Assembly (NCBI GenBank): GCA_029007645.1
Contig: JAQXIE010000034.1
Location: 10,124-74,123 of the forward strand
Source: Bacteroidales bacterium
GTDB lineage: Bacteria > Bacteroidota > Bacteroidia > Bacteroidales > Muribaculaceae
Direction: 5' to 3'
Length of the DNA: 64,000 bases
Position 1 is the first letter of the stretch. Each line of letters starts with the position of its first letter. The notes beneath the pieces are model-generated. The model made no database searches. It was not told the origin of the DNA and saw only the letters and a program-made list of their open reading frames with translations. Made by a program: the position numbers and the translations under genes. This document shows positions 30,879 through 40,517 of the stretch, in pieces.

Positions 30879-33800
30879 TTATCTTTCTCCCGTTGAAACC
30901 TGGAATTTCAATCCATTGGATTCCAGATACTCCATCATCTGTATATCAATGTTGTAATGCTGTCTGGAATGGATCTTTACGGATTGTTTTGTCGTGAAAT
31001 CGTACAATTCTATATACAGGTCGCCCCGACGGCCTTTTCCATTGTCTATATATGATTTGAGACCTTCAAAGAAGTCCGTGTTGTTGTACTTCATGTCCAT
31101 ATACAGCGTTACCGCATTGGCAGTCGTGCCCTTAATATCCTCGAGCGACTGTATCCGTTCGATATTCATATCGAGCCTGTCGGGCGAATAGCGGCTCGGC
31201 TTGTATGACAATTCAAGATAAATCGTCTCGCCCTCGTGGAATTTATCCTTGTAGCTCGTATGGTTTCTGCCGAACAGCCGCAGATCAGCTTTGCCTGTAA
31301 AATCCTCGATTTCTATTATAGAAAACTCCGTGCCTTTACGCGATATTTTGGTCTGGACCTTCGTGACGAGGCCACCCATTGTTACGGTTCCCGGCTGCTC
31401 CTCGCGCTCTTTGAACTGATCGCACGATGTATTGCATCCATATTTAAGCTCCATTGCGTAGGGGTCCAGCGGATGCGCCGACAGATACATCGTGACGAGT
31501 TCTTTCTCCTTCTCCAGCAACGCCATCTGCGACCATGGTGTTACCGTGGGATAGGGGGGACGGTTCGTCTCGATCGGTTCCAGATCGCCGAACAAGCTCA
31601 GCTGCAGCGAATTCTTGTCGTTCTGAATGCTTTGACCATATTTGACGAGCAAATCGGTGTAGGTGGAGTCGAACATGGGCTGCACAAACATCTCGCGCTT
31701 AAGTCCGAAACAGTCGAAAGCTCCGGCCATGGCCAGGTTCTCTATTGCGCTGCGGTTGCATGCCGACAGATTAACACGTTCCACAAAGTCGTATATATCC
31801 TTGTAGGGCCCGTTGGCGTTGCGCTCCTCGATAATGGCTTTCACTGCATTGGCGCCGACGCCTTTGACGGCCGCAAGACCGAAACGAATCACACCGTCCT
31901 TGTTGACACCGAACTTCTCGATGGATTCATTGATGTCAGGACCGAGCACTTTCAGTCCCATGCGCTTGGCTTCGCCCATCACTACCTTCATCTTGTCGCT
32001 GGCCGTCAGGTTACGGCTCAATACTCCGGCCATATATTCGGCAGGGTAGTGCGCCTTAAGATAGGCCGTCTGATAAGCCACCCATGTATAGCATGTGGCA
32101 TGGCTCTTGTTGAAGGCATACGACGCGAACTTCTTCCAGTCCTCCCAGATTTTCTTGAGTGCCTTGGGATCATGTCCATTCTCTTCGCCCTGTTTCATGA
32201 ATTTGACCTCAAGCTTGTTCATCTTGTCGATCTGCTTCTTACCCATGGCCTTGCGAAGCATGTCGGATTCACCTCGGGTAAAGCTTGCAAGCTGTCGCGA
32301 CAACAACATCACCTGCTCCTGATAGACGGTGACGCCATAGGTCTCCTTCAGATACTTCTCCATGCACGGAATATCGTATTCTATCGGTTCCTCGCCGTGC
32401 TTACGCGCGATAAACGTAGGAATGTAATCCATAGGTCCCGGGCGATACAGCGCGTTCATCGCTATGAGGTCTTCGAATTTATTCGGCTGCAGACTGCGCA
32501 ACGAGTTTTGCATACCGGCCGACTCAAACTGGAAGGTTGAGGTGGTGTTGCCCTTGCAATACAATTCGAACGTGGCGGGATCATCCAGCGGAATATGGTC
32601 GATGTCGATCTCATGCCCGTATCTGAGCTTAATGTTATACTGGGCCTCCTTAATGATGGAAAGCGTCTTCAGCCCCAGGAAGTCCATCTTGATCAGACCG
32701 GTATCCTCGATGATCGATCCCTCGTACTGTGTTGACACTACTTTGGTACCGTCGGCGTCAGTGGCCATCGACACCGGCACCCAGTCGGTAATGTCATCCC
32801 GGCATATAATCACGCCACATGCATGAATGCCAGTGTTGCGGATATTGCCCTCAAGCTGCTCGGCATATTTCATCGTCTCACGAATCCTTTCGTCGGGATT
32901 CTGGGTTTCCGCTGCAAATTCCTTGCAGTATTTCAGGCAGTTCTTGATGTTGATTTTGGGCGACTTGCCGTCGACTTCAGGCAATCGGTCGGGCACGAGA
33001 CGCGCAAGCCGGTTGGCTTCAGGCAAAGGTACTTCCAGCACCTTGGCCACATCTTTTATAGCCATCTTGGTGGCCATTGTGCCGAACGTTATGATGTGGG
33101 CCACCTTCTCGGCACCATATTTTTCCGTAACATATTTCAGTACTTCGTAGCGGCCGTCATCATCAAAATCCACATCTATATCGGGGAGTGAAATTCGGTC
33201 AGGATTCAGGAATCGCTCAAAAAGCAAATCGTACTTTATCGGGTCGATCTGTGTGATGCCGAGACAATACGCAGCCGCTGATCCTGCAGCTGATCCTCGA
33301 CCTGGGCCGATGCTGACACCCAATTTGTTGCGGCCGGTATTGATAAAATCCTGCACAATCAGGAAGTATCCGGGGAATCCCATGGTTTTCATAATGTAGA
33401 GCTCGAACTTGAGTCGTTCTGCTACATCAGCCGGTATCGGATCGCCGTAACGTTCCTTGGCGCCCTCCATGGTTAGTTTTTCCAGATAGTCTGCCTCGAA
33501 CTTTATCCTATACAGCTTGTCGTAACCGCCAAGCCGGTCAATCTTTTTCTGAGCCTCTTCCGGCGACAATACGACATTGCCGTTCTCATCCTGCGTGAAT
33601 TCGTCGAATAGTTCCTTTTCCGTAATCCGGCTCCTGTACTCCTCTTCAGTACCGAATTCCTTAGGAATTTCGAAGAAGGGCATGATCGGCGCATGATTGA
33701 TGCTATAGGTCTCGACCTTGTTCAGGATCTCCTCGGTATTTGCCAGGGCTTCGGGGATATCCTTGAATATCTCGGCCATTTCCTCGGGAGTCTTTAGCCA

Positions 33801-34568
33801 TTCCTGTTTGGTGTAATGCAGTCGGGGCTCCGAGAAGGTTTTCTGCATGGACACGCATATCAGACGGTCGTGCGCCTCGGCATCCTCCTCGTTGGTGAAG
33901 TGTACGTCGTTGGTACAGATCAGCTTGATTCCCTGCTCGCGTGCAATCCTGATGAGCTGCTCGTTCACCTTGCATTGTTCGGGATACACGCCTGTATTGG
34001 CGTTCTGCTTGAATGTCTGATGGCGCTGCAGCTCCAGATAATAATCGTCGCCGAACACTTCATGGTACCACCGTACCCGCTCCTCAGCCTTCTCGATTTC
34101 CTCGTGGAGAATGAACTGCGGCACTTCACCGCCCAGGCATGCGGAACATACTATCAGACCCTCCTTGTACGTCTCAAGGTCATAGCGATCCGTACGGGGC
34201 TTGTAATAATATCCTTCGGTCCATGCCCGGCTCACGAGTTTGACAAGGTTGTGGTATCCTTTCTCGTTCTTGGCAAGCACTATCAGGTGATAGCCGTTGT
34301 CGGATTTGTCCTTCTTATCACTCTTGCGATCGCGTGCCACATACATCTCGCACCCGATAATGGGCTTGAACTTGCCATCTTCGGGAAGATCATGGTTCTT
34401 CTTCTCAACATAATTCCAGAACTCCTTGACGCCGAACATATTACCATGGTCTGTCAAGGCTATGCCCCGCATGCCTGAAGCTATTGCCTTGTCCACAAGT
34501 TCAGGAATGGAAGCCTTGCCGTCAAGAAGACTATACTGCGAATGTACGTGTAGATGCGTGAATGACAT
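30879..34568 (-). CDS. dnaE: DNA polymerase III alpha subunit
   Basis: 1229 aa with an N-terminal PHP domain (FTHLHVHSQYSLLDG), polymerase core and an OB-fold. Confidence 0.96.
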   Translation of the reverse strand: MSFTHLHVHSQYSLLDGKASIPELVDKAIASGMRGIALTDHGNMFGVKEFWNYVEKKNHDLPEDGKFKPIIGCEMYVARDRKSDKKDKSDNGYHLIVLAKNEKGYHNLVKLVSRAWTEGYYYKPRTDRYDLETYKEGLIVCSACLGGEVPQFILHEEIEKAEERVRWYHEVFGDDYYLELQRHQTFKQNANTGVYPEQCKVNEQLIRIAREQGIKLICTNDVHFTNEEDAEAHDRLICVSMQKTFSEPRLHYTKQEWLKTPEEMAEIFKDIPEALANTEEILNKVETYSINHAPIMPFFEIPKEFGTEEEYRSRITEKELFDEFTQDENGNVVLSPEEAQKKIDRLGGYDKLYRIKFEADYLEKLTMEGAKERYGDPIPADVAERLKFELYIMKTMGFPGYFLIVQDFINTGRNKLGVSIGPGRGSAAGSAAAYCLGITQIDPIKYDLLFERFLNPDRISLPDIDVDFDDDGRYEVLKYVTEKYGAEKVAHIITFGTMATKMAIKDVAKVLEVPLPEANRLARLVPDRLPEVDGKSPKINIKNCLKYCKEFAAETQNPDERIRETMKYAEQLEGNIRNTGIHACGVIICRDDITDWVPVSMATDADGTKVVSTQYEGSIIEDTGLIKMDFLGLKTLSIIKEAQYNIKLRYGHEIDIDHIPLDDPATFELYCKGNTTSTFQFESAGMQNSLRSLQPNKFEDLIAMNALYRPGPMDYIPTFIARKHGEEPIEYDIPCMEKYLKETYGVTVYQEQVMLLSRQLASFTRGESDMLRKAMGKKQIDKMNKLEVKFMKQGEENGHDPKALKKIWEDWKKFASYAFNKSHATCYTWVAYQTAYLKAHYPAEYMAGVLSRNLTASDKMKVVMGEAKRMGLKVLGPDINESIEKFGVNKDGVIRFGLAAVKGVGANAVKAIIEERNANGPYKDIYDFVERVNLSACNRSAIENLAMAGAFDCFGLKREMFVQPMFDSTYTDLLVKYGQSIQNDKNSLQLSLFGDLEPIETNRPPYPTVTPWSQMALLEKEKELVTMYLSAHPLDPYAMELKYGCNTSCDQFKEREEQPGTVTMGGLVTKVQTKISRKGTEFSIIEIEDFTGKADLRLFGRNHTSYKDKFHEGETIYLELSYKPSRYSPDRLDMNIERIQSLEDIKGTTANAVTLYMDMKYNNTDFFEGLKSYIDNGKGRRGDLYIELYDFTTKQSVKIHSRQHYNIDIQMMEYLESNGLKFQVSTGER

Positions 34569-34621
34569 TGATATTTAATATATTGAATCTGAAGCGGGGG
34601 AACAATCCCTCTTTCAGTATG

Positions 34622-34629
34622 CAAATATA
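34622..34629 (-). promoter_or_regulatory. -7 promoter box (TATATTTG on the minus strand) for dnaE
   Basis: Exact TAnnTTTG about 54 nt upstream of the dnaE ATG. Confidence 0.5.
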
Positions 34630-34738
34630 GTCAAAATCCATGACATTCCAACATTGATTTGCCCACCGCTTCCAACCCGGTCGGATAAAAAATTTTGGTA
34701 AAAAGTGTATATTTATTGCTACAATAGTTGCTTTTCGT

Positions 34739-34746
34739 TAATTTTG
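34739..34746 (+). promoter_or_regulatory. -7 promoter box (TAATTTTG) for the HExxH-protein/phosphoesterase/POT string
   Basis: Exact TAnnTTTG 20 nt upstream of the GTG at 34766. Confidence 0.45.
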
Positions 34747-34765
34747 CGCTATATAGGCTAAGATC

Positions 34766-35095
34766 GTGAAAGTGATTAGAAACAAATTGCTGCCGATAGG
34801 GAAGAGGTATGGAGCCATCAACCTTTTCGGCGTACTGTTTGTAAAGCGCGACATGTCTGTAACCGACCGGGTGCTTAATCATGAAAGAATACACACGAAG
34901 CAGATGCGCGAGCTCGGATATCTCGGTTTCTATTTGCTCTATATGGCTGAATGGCTCTGGAGGCTCATTCAGACCAAGGGCGATACTTTCCGGGCATATC
35001 ATCGGATAAGTTTCGAGAGGGAGGCCTATGACAACGACTCCGATTTGAATTATCTGTCGCGGCGCAGGCATTATGCCGAATGGAGAATACAATGA
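34766..35095 (+). CDS. Small conserved hypothetical protein with an HExxH motif (HERIH)
   Basis: 109 aa with an apparent GTG start. HERIH is followed by a hydrophobic helix. ATGA overlap with the next gene. Confidence 0.55.
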   Translation: MKVIRNKLLPIGKRYGAINLFGVLFVKRDMSVTDRVLNHERIHTKQMRELGYLGFYLLYMAEWLWRLIQTKGDTFRAYHRISFEREAYDNDSDLNYLSRRRHYAEWRIQ

Positions 35096-35583
35096 AGCAT
35101 ATTGGAATATTAAGCGACACACACAGCGTGTGGGACGACCGCTTTGTAAAATACTTCAAGGATTGTGATGAGGTGTGGCATGCCGGCGACATCGGGGATA
35201 TGGAAATCATCGATCGGCTTCGTCAGCTTGTGCCCGTGGTTCGCGCCGTATACGGCAACATCGACGGCCAGGAAGCCAGATGGCGTTTTGACGAAATATG
35301 CCGTTTCGACTGCGAGAATGTCAAGGTCTGGATGAAACACATCGTGGGCTATCCCGGCCGTTATGCTCCCGGCATCAAGGCGATGCTCCAGGAAGAAAAA
35401 CCCGCAATGGTTGTGGCCGGGCATTCTCATATCCTCAAAATCATGTACGACAAGGACCTTCAGATGCTTCATGTCAATCCCGGAGCCGCCGGTCGAAGCG
35501 GCTGGCAGTCGGCAAGAACCATCGTCAGGCTCATTATTGACGGTGACAATATCAATAACTGCGAAGTTATAGAACTCAAATAA
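35092..35583 (+). CDS. Metallophosphoesterase, YfcE/MJ0936 family
   Basis: MKHIGILSDTHS...WHAGDIGD...GNID...GHSH motifs. The ATG at 35092 is preferred over 35080. Confidence 0.88.
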   Translation: MKHIGILSDTHSVWDDRFVKYFKDCDEVWHAGDIGDMEIIDRLRQLVPVVRAVYGNIDGQEARWRFDEICRFDCENVKVWMKHIVGYPGRYAPGIKAMLQEEKPAMVVAGHSHILKIMYDKDLQMLHVNPGAAGRSGWQSARTIVRLIIDGDNINNCEVIELK

Positions 35584-35633
35584 CTCTCTAAACTTATAAA
35601 CTAAACAGAAATCAATCAACAATAACACAATAT

Positions 35634-37304
35634 ATGCTACAATCAATTTCGCAATTCTGGCAGGAACATTCGGCTTTGGCCATCCTGCTGTGCATCCTGG
35701 TGATAGTGATACCGTTGCTGGTATTCTACTGCATCAAGGCACACCGTGACCACCCCAAGGGGCTGATACCGGCCGCCATCGCCAACATGGGCGAGCGCTT
35801 CGGCTATTACATCATGAACGCTGTGCTGCTGCTGTTCCTCTGCTCCAAGTTCGGCATCAGCGACGCCGCCGCCGGCTGGATCTACGCCGTGTTCTATTTC
35901 CTTATCTATGTGCTCAGCCTCCCCGGCGGCATGATAGCCGACCGCACGCAGAAATACAAGGGCACCATCATCAGCGGTCTGCTGGCCATGGCCATAGGTT
36001 ATGCGCTGCTCTCCATCCCCGTATTCTCCGGCGGGCCTTCCGGCGGTATTTCGTGGGTACTGGTGTTCACTTGCTTCGCACTTTTCATCATCGCGTTCGG
36101 CAACGGTCTGTTCAAGGGCAACCTGCAGGCCATCGTTGGCCAGCTGTACGACAACTTCGAGGCCGAGGCGGCCAAAAAGGGTCCCAAGGAGCTGGAGATT
36201 GCCAAAAGCCGCCGCGACTCCGGATTCCAGATCTTCTACGTATTCATCAACATCGGCGGCGTGATCGCACCGTTCATCGCCCCGCTGCTGCGAGAGTTCT
36301 GGCTCAAGGCGCACCACTTAGCTTACAACGCCGACCTGCCCCGTCTCTGCCATAAGCTGCTCAACGACGCCGACAGCATGTCGGCCGGCGACCATGCCAA
36401 CCTCGTGGAGCTGGCCGGAAAGGTCGGTTACGAAGGAGCCGTAGACAGCGGGTTCTGCACACAGTATCTCGAGATATTCAACACCGGCGTCCACTTCTCG
36501 TTCATCGCCTCGGTTGTGGCCATGCTCATCTCGTTAGCCGTGTTCGCATGGGTAATGAAGCGCCTGCCCAACCCCGTGAAGAAGGCCAAGAACGACAGCA
36601 ATGTATCCGCCGACGAAGCCGCTCACGACGCCAAGGAGATCAAGCAGCGCATGTTCGCCCTCTACGCCGTGCTGCTCGTGGTGGTGTTCTTCTGGTTCTC
36701 GTTCCATCAGAACGGCCAGTCTCTGTCCGTATTCGCACGCGACTTCGTCAATACCGACAACGTCGCTCCCGAGATATGGCAGTGCATCAACCCCTTCTTC
36801 GTGATTGTGCTCACCCCCGTCATCATGTGGATTTTTGCCGCACTGGCTCGCCGCAACAAGGACATCTCCACTCCCAAGAAGATTGCCTTCGGTATGGCTA
36901 TCACCGCCATGGCATACATATTCCTTATGGTGGTGTCGATTGTCTACAACTATCCTTCGGGCGAGGAATTCAAGGGACTTGCCGAGGCTGTCAAAGAGTC
37001 GATGAAAGCCGGTCCGGCCGTACTGATTCTGACCTACTTCTTCCTCACGGTGGCCGAGTTGTTCATCTCGCCGCTCGGACTGTCGTTCGTATCTAAGATC
37101 GCGCCCAAGCATCTGCAAGGCATCTGCCAGGGCCTGTGGCTGTCATCCACGGCTATCGGCAACCTCTTCATCGCCCTTGGCGTCACAATGCTCAACTCCT
37201 TCCCCCATCAGTGGGAATGCTGGGCCGTGTTCGCCGGCCTGTGCATCCTCTCCATGACCGTAATGTTCTCCATGGTCAGCTGGCTTGAACGTGTCACAAA
37301 ATAA
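35634..37304 (+). CDS. POT/PTR2 family di-/tripeptide:proton symporter
   Basis: 556 aa, about 14 TM helices, PTR2 signature GERFGYY. Confidence 0.9.
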   Translation: MLQSISQFWQEHSALAILLCILVIVIPLLVFYCIKAHRDHPKGLIPAAIANMGERFGYYIMNAVLLLFLCSKFGISDAAAGWIYAVFYFLIYVLSLPGGMIADRTQKYKGTIISGLLAMAIGYALLSIPVFSGGPSGGISWVLVFTCFALFIIAFGNGLFKGNLQAIVGQLYDNFEAEAAKKGPKELEIAKSRRDSGFQIFYVFINIGGVIAPFIAPLLREFWLKAHHLAYNADLPRLCHKLLNDADSMSAGDHANLVELAGKVGYEGAVDSGFCTQYLEIFNTGVHFSFIASVVAMLISLAVFAWVMKRLPNPVKKAKNDSNVSADEAAHDAKEIKQRMFALYAVLLVVVFFWFSFHQNGQSLSVFARDFVNTDNVAPEIWQCINPFFVIVLTPVIMWIFAALARRNKDISTPKKIAFGMAITAMAYIFLMVVSIVYNYPSGEEFKGLAEAVKESMKAGPAVLILTYFFLTVAELFISPLGLSFVSKIAPKHLQGICQGLWLSSTAIGNLFIALGVTMLNSFPHQWECWAVFAGLCILSMTVMFSMVSWLERVTK

Positions 37305-37335
37305 GCGTACATAGATTTTAGCTCAATATTTCTGT

Positions 37336-37372
37336 CGGCTCATATCCTGTAAGATATGAGCCGGCTTTTTTT
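37336..37372 (+). terminator. Rho-independent terminator after the POT transporter
   Basis: CGGCTCATATC ctgtaa GATATGAGCCG (11-bp stem) followed by a T7 run. Confidence 0.85.
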
Positions 37373-37426
37373 GTGTGAACCATTGGTCGGGCGCAGCGGT
37401 ATACCTGTGAATAGAATATTAATACT

Positions 37427-37951
37427 ATGATTACAGACAAGATTAAATTCGCTCCCGGTTTTGCCAAAGAAGATTCCAAAACCTTTGCAAGAGCCGGAGT
37501 GGAAGCAAAAGGGCATTGAACCTGCCCGGATATGGCGTAATATAACCAATATATCGGTATGGCCCCGTTTCACAGATGCCATCACGGACATCCAGTACGA
37601 GGATTCGGCCGATAACGACCCTCATCTTTTCGACAAGGCTCAGTTCTACTTTGACACCACTACAGGCGACCGTGTGCGCTGTCAAGTGATCTACTTTGTG
37701 CATCCCAAAGAAGACCGTGCCGCACGTCTTGCCATTCAGGGAACAGTTTTCAATCCCAATGGTAAGCAAATAAATGAAGTGGTGTTCGAGGTGATGGTAG
37801 GTGTCCGGAAAGTGAGAAGATTAACAAACTCGATGTCGAAGGCGCAATGTCGTTCAAGGAGGAGGTACCCGACGCTCCTTAGGTCAACTATGGCGACATG
37901 CTTGAGTCAGTTCTTCGCGCTTTGGTCAAATGGAGTGAAAAACATGATTAG
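37427..37951 (+). pseudogene. Probable decayed gene (two frame changes and one in-frame TAG); product unknown
   Basis: The ATG frame reads MITDKIKFAPGFAKEDSKTFARAGVEAKGH*. The +1 frame continues with protein-like sequence and no ATG (DAITDIQYEDSADNDPHLFDKAQFYFDTTTGDRVRCQVIYFVHPKEDRAARL...). The original frame resumes with SEKINKLDVEGAMSFKEEVPDAP*VNYGDMLESVLRALVKWSEKHD*. Confidence 0.3.
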
Positions 37952-38079
37952 GCTATAGCCTATTGTATATAAAGCATATTTAAGGGTCCTTCATTTCCGA
38001 AAGACTATTTTTTTTGCGCCGCCCACTTTACACACTTTAGGCATTGTTGCTTGAATTTGCAGGCTTCGGCCTTTTTAGC

Positions 38080-38087
38080 TAAATTTG
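38080..38087 (+). promoter_or_regulatory. -7 promoter box (TAAATTTG) for the GH3 gene
   Basis: Exact TAnnTTTG 27 nt upstream of the ATG. Confidence 0.5.
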
Positions 38088-38113
38088 CATTGTATAACCA
38101 TTAAATTTAAATC

Positions 38114-40438
38114 ATGAGAATATTGGGGAAACTATTGTTCTCCGCAATGCTGGCATGCTCCTTGACTGCCATGGCATCGGATGACGCGAAGATGGACAAG
38201 TTCATCGACGATCTCATGTCAAAGATGACTCTGGAAGAGAAATTGGGTCAGATCAATTTGCCGCCGGGTGGCGACATTGTGACTGGAGATCCTCAAAGCA
38301 GCGACATTGGAGCCGCCATCGTGAAAGGTCAGATCGGAGGCATCTTCAACATCAAAGGGGCTGATAAAGCCAAGGCGCTACAGGAACTTGCAGTGAAGAA
38401 GAGCCGTCTTGGAATCCCGCTGCTAATAGGAATGGATGTGATCCATGGATACGAAACGGTATTTCCGATTCCCTTGGCTCTCGCCGCTTCATGGGATACG
38501 TCGGCAGCCGAGACAACGGCACGGATTGCAGCAATTGAAGCATCGGCAGCCGGCATAAACTGGACGTTCAGTCCTATGGTCGACATAGCGCGCGATCCAC
38601 GTTGGGGCCGCATGTCGGAGGGCTCTGGCGAAGACCCGTTCCTGGGAAGCCGCATGGCCGAAGCTATGGTCAGAGGTTATCAGGGCAAATCCATGCAGGG
38701 CGATACCGAAATCATGGCTTGTCTGAAACATTTCGCCCTTTACGGAGCTCCCGATGCAGGACGTGATTACAGCACAGTCGACATGAGCCGACTGCGGATG
38801 TTCAATGAATATCTCGCTCCTTACCGCGCAGCCGTCAATGCCGGCGTAGGCTCCGTTATGTCATCTTTCAATGTTGTCGACGGAATCCCGGCAACAGCCA
38901 ATAAATGGCTTCTTACCGATCTGCTCAGAGATTACTGGGGGTTCAAGGGATTCGTTGTCACGGACTACGGTTCGATAGGAGAGATGCAACCTCATGGAAT
39001 GGGTGATATGCAGTCCAACGCCGCGATGGCTCTGAAAAGTGGCACCGACATGGATATGTCTTCATGGGCATTTGTCAACACTTTGGCGAAATCCTTGCAG
39101 GAGGGTAAGGTGTCAATGTCCGATATCGACCGCGCTGTCCGCCTGATTCTTGAAGCCAAATACAAACTGGGATTATTCAAGAATCCTTATAAGTATAATA
39201 ATGTAAAGCGGGAGAAAACCGACATCTATACTCCCGAGCATAAGGCTGAAGCCCGACGGGTAGCTGCAAAGACTTTTGTACTGCTCAAAAACGAAGGAAA
39301 CATTCTGCCGTTGCAGAAAAAGGGTAAAATCGCCCTGGTCGGTCCTCTTGCCAACACCGCTATCAATATGGTAGGATCATGGGCCGGTGCCATCGCTCCA
39401 GAAAAATACAAGTCTCTGCTCCATGGATTCCAGGATGCCGTAGGCGATAAGGCAAACATTATTTATGCCAAGGGTTGTAATGTATATGCCGATGCCAAAA
39501 CGGAAGGCAATGTCGGAATCTGGAATAAGAATATCCGCGATAATCGAACGGAACAGGAACTTTTCGACGAGGCTATGAAAGCTGCTGCCAATGCCGATGT
39601 CATAGTTGCTGCTATGGGTGAGCTGGCAGAAAGTTCGGGTGAATCTTCTTCACGTTCTGAACTTGATCTTCCGGAAACGCAGAAGAAGCTTCTTGCCGCA
39701 CTGGTTGCCACCGGAAAACCCGTCGTTATGCTGAACTTCTCCGGTCGAAGCACCGTCATGACCTGGGAAAATGAGAATGTCCCGGCCATTCTGAACGTAT
39801 GGTTCGGCGGTTCCGAAGCTCCCGATGCCATTGCCGATGTTGTGTTCGGAGATGTGAATCCCTCGGGCAAACTGCCGGTTTCCATGCCGCGCAATGTCGG
39901 TCAGGTTCCGGTTTATTACAACCATCTTAACACCGGCCGTCCCGTTGACAATCCCAAGGGTGATTTTATCAAGTTCAAATCGAACTACTTCGATGTGCCC
40001 AACGCTCCATTGTACCCCTTCGGATATGGTCTGAGCTACACGTCCTTCTCCTTCTCCGATTTCAACCTCAGTTCCGACAAACTTTCAAACGACGGCACAA
40101 TCCGTGCTTCTGTAAAAGTGACCAATACCGGTGACCGTGAAGGCGCAGAGGTTGTTCAATATTACATCAGAGACATGGTTGGATCTATTTCCCGCCCCGT
40201 CAAGGAACTGAAGCATTTCGAGCGTGTTTCGCTTGCTCCGGGTGAGTCAAAGACCGTCTCATTCGACATCAATGTTGATGATCTGAAGTACTATCATCCG
40301 GTCGATCAGTTCAAGAGCAAATCTTCAGCTTTAAGTTCCGGTTCGGATATTGAATATACGGCCGAGCCCGGAGAGTTCCAGATTATGGTAGGCCCCGATT
40401 CGGAGAATGTACAGACCCTTAAATTCACTTTGGAATAA
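38114..40438 (+). CDS. bglX: Glycoside hydrolase family 3 beta-glucosidase (periplasmic, BglX-like)
   Basis: Signal peptide, TLEEKLGQ, the GFVVTDY nucleophile region and a C-terminal Fn3-like domain. 774 aa. Confidence 0.9.
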   Translation: MRILGKLLFSAMLACSLTAMASDDAKMDKFIDDLMSKMTLEEKLGQINLPPGGDIVTGDPQSSDIGAAIVKGQIGGIFNIKGADKAKALQELAVKKSRLGIPLLIGMDVIHGYETVFPIPLALAASWDTSAAETTARIAAIEASAAGINWTFSPMVDIARDPRWGRMSEGSGEDPFLGSRMAEAMVRGYQGKSMQGDTEIMACLKHFALYGAPDAGRDYSTVDMSRLRMFNEYLAPYRAAVNAGVGSVMSSFNVVDGIPATANKWLLTDLLRDYWGFKGFVVTDYGSIGEMQPHGMGDMQSNAAMALKSGTDMDMSSWAFVNTLAKSLQEGKVSMSDIDRAVRLILEAKYKLGLFKNPYKYNNVKREKTDIYTPEHKAEARRVAAKTFVLLKNEGNILPLQKKGKIALVGPLANTAINMVGSWAGAIAPEKYKSLLHGFQDAVGDKANIIYAKGCNVYADAKTEGNVGIWNKNIRDNRTEQELFDEAMKAAANADVIVAAMGELAESSGESSSRSELDLPETQKKLLAALVATGKPVVMLNFSGRSTVMTWENENVPAILNVWFGGSEAPDAIADVVFGDVNPSGKLPVSMPRNVGQVPVYYNHLNTGRPVDNPKGDFIKFKSNYFDVPNAPLYPFGYGLSYTSFSFSDFNLSSDKLSNDGTIRASVKVTNTGDREGAEVVQYYIRDMVGSISRPVKELKHFERVSLAPGESKTVSFDINVDDLKYYHPVDQFKSKSSALSSGSDIEYTAEPGEFQIMVGPDSENVQTLKFTLE

Positions 40439-40453
40439 TTCGAATTCAAGTAC

Positions 40454-40492
40454 AAAAAGAGATGGTCGTTTTATGCCGACCATCTCTTTTTT
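40454..40492. terminator. Bidirectional Rho-independent terminator between GH3 and the GT2 gene
   Basis: AAAAAGAGATGGTCG ttttatgc CGACCATCTCTTTTT, a 15-bp perfect stem with an A-run and a T-run. Confidence 0.9.
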
Positions 40493-40517
40493 ATGCTGTT
40501 TATTTTTGAACCGAGCC

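Noticed and set aside
31236-32540. 434-aa ORF antisense to dnaE. Similar long shadow ORFs lie at 13982-14821, 14975-15778, 18983-19918, 35643-36317, 43365-44039, 45611-46324 and 50525-51181.
   Set aside because: Each lies entirely inside a confidently identified gene on the other strand. Their compositions are Arg/His/Leu-rich and junk-like with no motifs. These are typical shadow ORFs of codon-biased genes.
37461-37958. TTG-initiated 165-aa ORF as an intact gene.
   Set aside because: It has no ATG and its last 55 or so residues look out-of-frame, while the alternative frame is protein-like. It is better explained as part of a decayed gene (see the finding at 37427-37951).
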